Of a stretch of DNA of 64,000 nucleotides, positions 19,711-27,027 are shown in pieces. The DNA is from Acidimicrobiia bacterium. GTDB taxonomy: Bacteria; Actinomycetota; Acidimicrobiia; Spongiisociales; Spongiisociaceae. The stretch lies in contig QIDH01000049.1 of assembly GCA_003229305.1 (NCBI GenBank), forward strand, positions 7,026 through 71,025, read 5' to 3'. Below the pieces are notes generated by a model. That model did not search any database and was not told the origin of the DNA. It was given only the letters and a program-made list of their open reading frames with translations. Within the stretch, counting starts at the first letter, position 1; each line of letters starts with the position of its first letter. The position numbers and the translations under genes were made by a program.

Positions 19711-20487
19711 CTACAGCGGACCCGATATTCCGCCGTCTTTACGGACCCGCCAGAAATGCACGGCCATGAAGATGACGATGACGAATGGTAAGAAAAGTAC
19801 GTGAAGCACGTAGAAACGCAGCAGAGTGTTGCCGGTGACTTCGATTCCGCCGAGTAAGGCGAACTTCACCCCCGGACCGAAGATTGGCGTGAAACCTCCC
19901 ATGTTCGTCCCGACGGTCACAGCCCACAATGCCAGTTGGTCCCATGGGAGCAGGTAGCCGGTGAAGGAAAGCAGCAACGTGAGGAGCAACAACACCACGC
20001 CAACCACCCAGTTAAATTCACGTGGCGGCTTGTACGCGCCGTGATAGAACACCCGAGACATATGGAGGAACACGGTCAGCACCATCAGGTGTGCGCCCCA
20101 GCGGTGCATGTTGCGCACCAGTGAACCAAACGCAACCGAGGTGGAGAGGGCTTCGACATCGAGGTAAGCCGCCTCTGCCGTTGGCCGGTAGTAGAACATC
20201 AGGAATATTCCGGTGATGGTGAGCAGAATGAAAAGGAAGAAACTGAGCCCACCAAGGCAAAGGGTGTAGGAAAGACGCACCCCGTGACGCTTCACCTTGA
20301 CTGGATGCAGGTGGTACAAGACGCTGTTCATGATCACGTACGACCGGTTCCTGGGGCTGTCCGAATACCCCTTCTTGAGAGGAGAGCCAGGTCGGAACAT
20401 CGATTCCCAAACTGAGCCGCCTCGCACGCGGGTAGCCATCTCCCCGATCCGCTCACCCAATCGCAACCCGCCGTTGCCGTCTGCCAC
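19711..20487 (-). CDS. Cytochrome b6-type subunit (N-terminal, 4-helix, bis-haem half of cytochrome b)
   Basis: [19 protein letters not shown] and [22 protein letters not shown] supply the four haem-b histidines. GTG start preceded by GGAGGA. Confidence 0.9.
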   Translation of the reverse strand: MADGNGGLRLGERIGEMATRVRGGSVWESMFRPGSPLKKGYSDSPRNRSYVIMNSVLYHLHPVKVKRHGVRLSYTLCLGGLSFFLFILLTITGIFLMFYYRPTAEAAYLDVEALSTSVAFGSLVRNMHRWGAHLMVLTVFLHMSRVFYHGAYKPPREFNWVVGVVLLLLTLLLSFTGYLLPWDQLALWAVTVGTNMGGFTPIFGPGVKFALLGGIEVTGNTLLRFYVLHVLFLPFVIVIFMAVHFWRVRKDGGISGPL

Positions 20488-20513
20488 TTACCTCTTCCTC
20501 CGTTGCCTGAGAA

Positions 20514-20969
20514 TTACCAGCGCACGCCGTAGGCGTAGCCGTTCTTGAAATCTCGTTGTCCCGTGTCGATCTCCCACGGCACCTTGTCACTCAAACTCGA
20601 CTGCATCGCCACGTCGGACACGGAGCCGGTGAACTTGCCGAGTGTGATGACGTTGGTCGGGCATCTGTCGATGCACAATTGGCACCTGGTGCACTCCGCT
20701 TCGTCGACGACAAAAAACCCTCCGTTGTCTTCGCTGGCACCAGGGTGATCCACGTTGATGGCCTCGTCGATTGCGTCAAGTGAAAGGAAGTGGATGCACT
20801 TCCACGGGCAAATATCGACGCAGCCCTCGCAGATGATGCATTCTGCCTGGTTGATATGGAGAAACTGTTTCGGTTTGACAGTGCTCTGCACATACGAGGG
20901 GTCAACCAATGCCAACTGGTAGTCATCCCGCATCGGAGGCGTTTCAAACCAGACCTCGCTCTTGGCCAT
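20514..20969 (-). CDS. 2x[4Fe-4S] ferredoxin-domain protein encoded within the Rieske/b6 operon
   Basis: CIICEGCVDICP and CTRCQLCIDRCP. 151 aa with no TM helix. 1-nt overlap with the upstream gene. Confidence 0.85.
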   Translation of the reverse strand: MAKSEVWFETPPMRDDYQLALVDPSYVQSTVKPKQFLHINQAECIICEGCVDICPWKCIHFLSLDAIDEAINVDHPGASEDNGGFFVVDEAECTRCQLCIDRCPTNVITLGKFTGSVSDVAMQSSLSDKVPWEIDTGQRDFKNGYAYGVRW

Positions 20970-21886
20970 CAGTCGACCGCCTTGACGAGTGGACGTCCGT
21001 ATGGCGAAAGCGGCGTTTCGGCAGGTGGCTCATCCTCGAGCGGTTTGCCCCAGTCTTGGATCTTCCAGGAAAAGACCATGATCGTGGTCAGAAATCCGAG
21101 GTTGAGGTTGACCGAAATGAAGTCTTTGATCACGCCCCAGCTGATGCTGATGTCGTTGTTCAACATCAACCATTTCCAACCAGTAGCGATCCACCTTGGG
21201 TGGTTCTCACGAGGAAACGCGATGCTCTGCTCCGTCCAAGCCAGTGGACCCTGAGCAAGGTTCAGCCACTCGGACGGGACCGTACCCAACCAAATCACGA
21301 GCTCGAAGAACGCGAGGAAAGCGGCGAAGGCGGCCAATGCCCAGGTCATCTTCCTGCCGAGAATGAGGGCAATGGCCAAACCGCCCACAATCATCTGGGA
21401 CCCGATCAGGGCGACGATGTGACCAACCGTAAACCAGGGGATGCACCACTCCGCTCCTGTCACACCAATGATGGGATTGGTCGAAACGAGGCTGCTGTTG
21501 TTCCCCACCAGACAGCCCCGAGGAACCCATCCGAAATAGTCGACGTCGACTATGACGTCGACAGATATCTCGTCGGATCCGGCTTCGGGTACTGGAGTGA
21601 CTTTGAGGACACGCATCTCGCCATCGCCGACGTCAACCAGATCGCCTGCGACGGACCCAACGACGTCTTCGGTGTTGAGGTTTGCTCTCTCGGTGGCAGG
21701 AAAATTCGAATAGTGGGCGAACCAGATACCGACGACGAGGACCAAGAGGCCACCGAGGACTAGGCGTACGCCGAGCCCCGAACGCTGAGAAGCGTCGAGC
21801 CGGCGGAGCTTGGTCTGCAGCATCGGTTGGGTATTCCCCTCATGTCGCTTGGGTCGCAGTGAAAACGACCCGCCCTTGTTCATCAT
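20969..21886 (-). CDS. Trp-rich polytopic membrane protein of unknown function, first gene of the Rieske/b6 operon
   Basis: 305-aa ORF: N-terminal TM helix, a roughly 100-aa soluble segment, then 4-5 TM helices. No family recognised. The start may be internal (MLQTKLRR at 21823). Confidence 0.65.
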   Translation of the reverse strand: MMNKGGSFSLRPKRHEGNTQPMLQTKLRRLDASQRSGLGVRLVLGGLLVLVVGIWFAHYSNFPATERANLNTEDVVGSVAGDLVDVGDGEMRVLKVTPVPEAGSDEISVDVIVDVDYFGWVPRGCLVGNNSSLVSTNPIIGVTGAEWCIPWFTVGHIVALIGSQMIVGGLAIALILGRKMTWALAAFAAFLAFFELVIWLGTVPSEWLNLAQGPLAWTEQSIAFPRENHPRWIATGWKWLMLNNDISISWGVIKDFISVNLNLGFLTTIMVFSWKIQDWGKPLEDEPPAETPLSPYGRPLVKAVD

Positions 21887-22359
21887 GTCCGGCCGGTGTG
21901 TCAGGCGCCGGACGCATTCGCGAGCTGCGCAGGTGGATCACGACCAAGAGCAGTTTTAGCAGAAACGAGGTGCAGTTCTAAACCCATCGCGGCAATTGCG
22001 ACGATCTCGGGGGCAGGCCCTCGAGATGATTCGGGATGGACGCAGCGACAGACCCGCACTCCTTCGATGGCGCGCCAAAGGTGCGGCCTCTTCGGCCCTC
22101 TGACCACACTGTCCTCGACCGGTCAATTGCCCGCGGTCGAACAGAAGGCAGAGCCAGGACTGGATTCAAGGTCAGACCAACGCCGCTTTGACGACATCAA
22201 CCCTGAAGGCGAAACTGCACCAGGCCACGCCGGGTCGCGAGATGGGTCCTGGCCTCGTGAGGACACATCTTCGGATCCGATCGACGAATCCGGTAGCCTC
22301 GGAGCCGCCGGTCGGTTGGGCCGAGTATTCAGAACCATCAGGAAAGAGGAGCCAACGCC

Positions 22360-23784
22360 TTGGCGGCAGCCAACAGCGGACGCAATGTATTGACCGGAGT
22401 CCTTTCGACAAACGCGGATTCAGCGGCCAGAAGGGCCATGCTGGCCTCGTTGGTTTTCGCCGTGATCGGAGCGGCAGCAACGGTTCTCATGCTCATCAAG
22501 GTGTCCGTCCCTGGACTCTTCGACACTGCCTCGATCGCCGGGTACGGGCGCATGCGGGCGATCGCGCTCAATTCTTTTGTCTACGGGTTCGGCGGCCTGG
22601 CGTCGACCGGTCTCGCCTACTACATGACCCCTCGCTTGGCCGGAGCTGCCCTGGCAAGACAACGGCTGGCCAATCTCGGGGCAGCCGGCCACACGTTCGT
22701 CGTCACGATCGGGCTGGCTTCGATTGCGTTGGGAATCACAGATCCCCTCGAGCTCGCCGAGTTCCCGCTGCTAGTCGATTTGGGTCTCTTCTCATCGATG
22801 GTGATCCCGGCTCTCATCGTGACTGCCACGGTCAGGGCCCGCACAGAGCGAACGATCTATGTGTCGCTCTGGTACGTACTGGCCGGCGTGTGGTGGCTGC
22901 CGGCGTTGTATTTTGTCGGAAACGTTCCCGGCACAACCGGACTCGGAACACAACTACAGAGCTCATTCATGGTTGGCGGTCTGATCGGTGCGTGGCTGCC
23001 CATGGTTGGCATCGGGGCCGCGTACTACGTAATCCCTCGCGCCACCGATCGTGCTCTGTTCTCCCGCCCGCTAGCCCAGGCGGGGTTTTGGAGTCTCGCA
23101 GGAACCGGCCTCTTCGCGTCTGTCACACGGTACGGGAGTGGCGCGGCACCCGACTGGTTGGAGACGACCGGAACCGTGTTTTCGCTTGGGCTGATCGTCG
23201 CGGCCGTTGCCACACTTGCCAACCTCGCTGGCACTGCCAACGGCGCGTATGGAGAAATCCGGGAATCGACCCCACTCCGCATGATTGGAGGCGGACTGGT
23301 CGTATACGTGGCGATCGCCGCCCTTCTCTCGGTACAGGGCTTCCGGTCCATCGATGCGGTCGTCGGCCTCACAAGCTGGTACGAAGGTTTGATTCTGGCA
23401 ACGGTGCTGGCCGCTGCCCCTCTGCTGTTGATCGGCGCGATGGCCTACGCCCTTCCCCAAATTGCAGGGCGACGCCTCGTCGACGGCCTGGCCAAACGCG
23501 GCATCAGCGCAACGCTCTGGGGTGGGTCCGTCACCGGCCTACTACTCGTGATCTCTGGGCTCGTGACCGGGCTCGGATGGAACACAGGAGCAGTTCCGAA
23601 TTCTGGCGAAGAGTACGTGCGCACGACCGGGCTGATCGACACCTACCAACTGCTGGCGATCCTCAGCGCCCTCGTGGCAGCCGCCGGCATTGCCATGTTG
23701 ACCCTGGTGATCCTCCGCACATACACGTCAGGCGAAGCGATCGCCTCAGAGGTCCTCGTCTGGGTAGGTGAAGACGATGAGTGA
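22360..23784 (+). CDS. Haem-copper oxidase subunit I (CcoN)-like membrane protein lacking all metal-ligand histidines
   Basis: 474 aa, about 12 TM helices. TTG start 8 nt after GGAAAGAGGAG. CcoN-like blocks [33 protein letters not shown]...FWSL and APDWLE. The whole protein has only one His (GAAGHTF). Confidence 0.8.
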   Translation: [474 protein letters not shown]

Positions 23785-24580
23785 GCTCCTCGCCACAGCC
23801 GCAACCGCAATGGGCACCCCCCAAGATCTGGTCGAACGATCAGCAAGGGCAAGGGCGGCAGCCCAAGGAACCACGTATGAAGGTGTCATTTCTGCCTGGG
23901 CGGGTGGCCAATCGTCGGCTGCGGCGGCCGATCCAAGCCAGGCCCCTGCCGCCGATCCCCAGCCAGAACCGGACCCGAAACCTGAGTCGAATCCAGAACC
24001 AGTCGCCGAGCCAGTCACCCAATCCGAACCGCCGCTTTCTGCACAGGCTCAGGTGACCGCCGTCGCGGTCATTGATCTACCGACAGGTGCACCACTTCTG
24101 GAGGGAAAACACGAGAGCTTCGCCGGGCTGTTGACAGGCATCCTCGCCTTGTTGGCCGCCGCGATCCTGTTGGTCGTGGTAATACCGGCCAACAGCCAGG
24201 GCGACGATCGGCACATCGTCGGAGACGCCAGCCTCAGCGCGCTGGAGGACACGGGTCGGGACGTCTACCTCCAGCAAGGATGCCAGTACTGCCACACACA
24301 GAATGTGCGCCCTGTCGTGGCGGACGTTGGCCTTGGGGCCATAACCGAGACGGGAGCCCGTTCGTTGGCCGATCCTGCCACATTTGGCTTCCAACGCATC
24401 GGCCCTGACCTGGCCCGCGTAGCCGGCCGATTGCCTGAGGACCTAGACGCCGCCGAATATGTTCGTGAGTTCCTTACACATCCGACCGAGGTCGTGGAAG
24501 GTTCAGCACAGCCGCCGTATGCGCACCTGTCGGACGACGACATGGCCGCCCTGGTCGCATATGTTCTGGCGTTGAGATGA
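23777..24580 (+). CDS. CcoO (cbb3 subunit II)-like monohaem cytochrome c with N-terminal cytoplasmic module
   Basis: GRDVYLQQGCQYCHTQNVRP, FQRIGPDLARVAGR and HPTEVVEGSAQPPYAHL align with CcoO. One TM helix. N-terminus MSELLATAATAMGTPQDLVERSARARAAAQG followed by a Pro/Ala linker. Confidence 0.85.
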   Translation: MSELLATAATAMGTPQDLVERSARARAAAQGTTYEGVISAWAGGQSSAAAADPSQAPAADPQPEPDPKPESNPEPVAEPVTQSEPPLSAQAQVTAVAVIDLPTGAPLLEGKHESFAGLLTGILALLAAAILLVVVIPANSQGDDRHIVGDASLSALEDTGRDVYLQQGCQYCHTQNVRPVVADVGLGAITETGARSLADPATFGFQRIGPDLARVAGRLPEDLDAAEYVREFLTHPTEVVEGSAQPPYAHLSDDDMAALVAYVLALR

Positions 24581-24590
24581 CGGAGTGACG

Positions 24591-25562
24591 ATGACTGAAC
24601 AACTCTCAGCGGCAGCGGCCGCTATGGGCACTCCTGAAGAACTGGTCGAACGGGCAGCAAGGGCCAGAGCAAACGCCAAGGGCAACAGCTACGAGGAAGT
24701 CATCGCCGCTTGGGCCGGCGAAGCCCCAACCCCAACTGCCGCAGTCGAAGACACTCCATCTGCTCCAGAGCCTGCGCCAGCAGAAGAGGTCGAGACCCCG
24801 ATCGATACTTCGAGTGGGGAGTCTGACCCCGTGACTCAAGCACTCGCCACGTCCCCGGCCGTCAGTGCAGTGACGGCTCCTTCCATCCCCGAGACGGTTT
24901 CGGTCCGCGAGGCGGCCAGGTACGCAGAGGTCACGACAGTGTCGACTGTCGGCATCAAGGAAAGAACTAGAACAAAGACGCCCGGCTGGCTCACCGGACT
25001 CTTCGTGATGCTTCCGGTTGCGGCCATCGTCTATTTCATTTCGTTTCCGGGGGGCCCGAACTGCGGTGTCGGCGGCCAGCTTTCGGTTGATCGCCAGACC
25101 GGATCAGCCGTCAACTGCGACGGGAGCGAGTATCAGGCAGGCGGGGCAATCGGCGGTGTAGACGCCAGGGCGGTGGTGGCCAGCGGCGGTCTGGTCTACT
25201 CGCAGAGCTGCGCCTCGTGTCACGGTGCAAACGGCGGTGGGGGCACCGGACCTCAGCTGGCCGGAGGAGCCGTAACGGCCACCTTCGCCGGATGTGGTGA
25301 CCACCTTGAGTGGGTCAATCTCGGCTCCAGAGGTTTCCAGAACGCAGGCCGCAGCACGTACGGAGATTCGGACAAACCGATCAGTGGTGTCATGCCAGGC
25401 TTCGCTGGCACCCTTTCCCCCGCTGACCTATCGGCCGTCGTCTTCTTCGAACGAGTCAACTTCGGTGGACAAGACGCAGAAGAGGCCCTCGTCGACTGCG
25501 GTTTTGTGACCGAGGATGGCGAAGGCGCTCCGGACGGTGAAGACGTCGAGGCGATGGGCTGA
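24591..25562 (+). CDS. Membrane-anchored monohaem class I cytochrome c with the same N-terminal module
   Basis: CASCHGANGGG and VMPGFAG. TM helix WLTGLFVMLPVAAIVYFISF. N-terminus MTEQLSAAAAAMGTPEELVERAARARANAKG. GGAG 7 nt before ATG 24591 (the track start at 24585 is a GTG). Confidence 0.88.
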   Translation: MTEQLSAAAAAMGTPEELVERAARARANAKGNSYEEVIAAWAGEAPTPTAAVEDTPSAPEPAPAEEVETPIDTSSGESDPVTQALATSPAVSAVTAPSIPETVSVREAARYAEVTTVSTVGIKERTRTKTPGWLTGLFVMLPVAAIVYFISFPGGPNCGVGGQLSVDRQTGSAVNCDGSEYQAGGAIGGVDARAVVASGGLVYSQSCASCHGANGGGGTGPQLAGGAVTATFAGCGDHLEWVNLGSRGFQNAGRSTYGDSDKPISGVMPGFAGTLSPADLSAVVFFERVNFGGQDAEEALVDCGFVTEDGEGAPDGEDVEAMG

Positions 25563-25821
25563 GCGGACACCCGTCGATATTGGGGAAGGCTGGCCACCCA
25601 GCCGACAGAACCCCCTCTGAAGATTTCTGCGAATATTTGGGAACATGCTCAAGTTCCTCCAGGGTCCCGCCGATTAAACTTTGAAGCAACGGAGCCATGC
25701 TCCGCTACGAGGGATCTAGCGGCAACCATCGGATCACCGTTGGGCACGTTCAGTCCAAGGTGTCAAAGGAAAGCCTCCCAGCCCGCCCCTAACGATGGCT
25801 GGCCGACAGATCCCTTCAGAT

Positions 25822-25847
25822 GAAGCCCCCGCGGCCACGGGGGCTTC
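25822..25847. terminator. Strong GC hairpin in the convergent spacer (candidate terminator or RNA element)
   Basis: GAAGCCCCC (25822-25830) and GGGGGCTTC (25839-25847) form a perfect 9-bp stem with an 8-nt loop. No U-tract. Confidence 0.35.
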
Positions 25848-25970
25848 GTCGCGTTCGGATCTCGATCCGCCCAACGGCCGGATTCTCGGGATCGTTTCGG
25901 ATTGGTGCAATGCGAGCATGGACCGCTCGCCCGACCATGCGTTGCGACACACCACTAGTGTGCTCGCCGG

Positions 25971-26066
25971 ATGCGTCCCGGTACCACCTTCGCGATTTTG
26001 ATCCTGCTCGGCCTGATAGCCGTAGCCGGAATCGTATTCACGTTTCAACTTCTCTCGCTCGACTGA
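25971..26066 (+). CDS. Possible 31-aa single-TM peptide
   Basis: ATG 25971 gives MRPGTTFAILILLGLIAVAGIVFTFQLLSLD, then a stop. Below the track length cutoff. No convincing SD. Confidence 0.25.
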   Translation: MRPGTTFAILILLGLIAVAGIVFTFQLLSLD

Positions 26067-26118
26067 GGAACTCGAACGGGCGTCCTGTTCGGTTCCAAGT
26101 ACAGGACCTAAGCGCCCT

Positions 26119-26955
26119 CTAGGCCACCGGAATCGATCGGCGAGATCGCCCGGTTCCGAACACAACTGGCAGACCCTCGGCGACCCCAAGGGCTTCGTCC
26201 GCCCTACCTCCCCTCACCGCCAAGGCGATCAAACCAGATGAATCGACGTGGACCAGTGGGTCGCCTTCGCCGACCTCGCCGTAGGCGAATACCCACGGAA
26301 TCGAATGGACCAAAGATCCGATGCGAACTTCGACCATTTGCCCAGGGACCGCGCCAATCGACTTCAAGTCCTCTGGGGAAACGTTGGTCTGGGCATTCCC
26401 GAAACGGTCCACCCACCAAACCTGAGCGGTCACCGACGTTTCCTCCACCTCACAGAGTGGAAGCAAGAGGGGCGTCAGAGAGTCAGGATCAACCGCAGGC
26501 CCGAGGTCGGCCAATTCGGCCTCCCCTGCGGCCAATACCGCCGCCGCTGGAGCAAAAAGATCACGACCGTCGAAAGTCGCCCCGTGCGTCGGAAGCATGA
26601 CATCTGGGTTCTCGATCGATACCACGCTACTGGCTCCTCCGATGAGGGCTACAGCAGGAGACAGGAGCCCGTTGTCAGGGCCAACAAAGTGTCCCCACGG
26701 GGTTTGTGCGGCTATCGCCCGACGATCGGTTCCTACGCCAGGGTCGACGACAGCCACGACCACGCCATTGGGTAGATACTGCACAGACCTCATCAGGGCC
26801 AGGGCACCCGCCCTGACATTCCCGCGTTCCACATTGTGGGCAATATCGATGACGCGGCTATCTGGCGCGATCGTCGCAAGGACACCGTGAATCACCCCAA
26901 CAAACTCATCGTCCAACCCGAAATCGGTAAGCACGGAAATAGGCGCAGTCGGCAT
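26119..26955 (-). CDS. SAM hydroxide adenosyltransferase family protein (DUF62, chlorinase/fluorinase-like)
   Basis: N-terminus MPTAPISVLTDFGLDDEFVGVIHGV is the family signature. ORF 26119..27009 trimmed to ATG 26955. Confidence 0.8.
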   Translation of the reverse strand: MPTAPISVLTDFGLDDEFVGVIHGVLATIAPDSRVIDIAHNVERGNVRAGALALMRSVQYLPNGVVVAVVDPGVGTDRRAIAAQTPWGHFVGPDNGLLSPAVALIGGASSVVSIENPDVMLPTHGATFDGRDLFAPAAAVLAAGEAELADLGPAVDPDSLTPLLLPLCEVEETSVTAQVWWVDRFGNAQTNVSPEDLKSIGAVPGQMVEVRIGSLVHSIPWVFAYGEVGEGDPLVHVDSSGLIALAVRGGRADEALGVAEGLPVVFGTGRSRRSIPVA

Positions 26956-27027
26956 CGACTCAGGATAGGTCCCGGTCTTGGCCAGATCATCGCCTGACGA
27001 TCTGGTCACTACCAGTACGATGCTCGG

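Noticed and set aside
13753-22359. Rex operator (TGTGAA-N4-6-TTCACA) upstream of nuoA, the reductase/rex divergent region or the respiratory operons
   Set aside because: No palindromic TGTGAA/TTCACA pair was seen in these intergenic regions. Isolated TGTGAA words occur only inside coding sequence, for example around 14880 and 39090.
22188-23771. 527-aa plus-strand ORF overlapping the CcoN-like gene in another frame
   Set aside because: Its translation is extremely Arg/Pro/Gly/His-rich with no hydrophobic helices or motifs, which is typical of an out-of-frame reading of GC-rich coding DNA. The +1-shifted frame at 22360..23784 gives a coherent 12-TM protein with an SD-preceded start.
25563-26118. 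RNase P RNA, tmRNA or SRP RNA in the long convergent spacer
   Set aside because: I looked on both strands for GAGGAAAGTCCGGGC (RNase P P4), a tRNA-like GGTTCGAnTCC...CCA 3' end (tmRNA) and the SRP GGAA tetraloop context. The nearest match, AGGAAAGCCTCCCAGCC, is too divergent to call.
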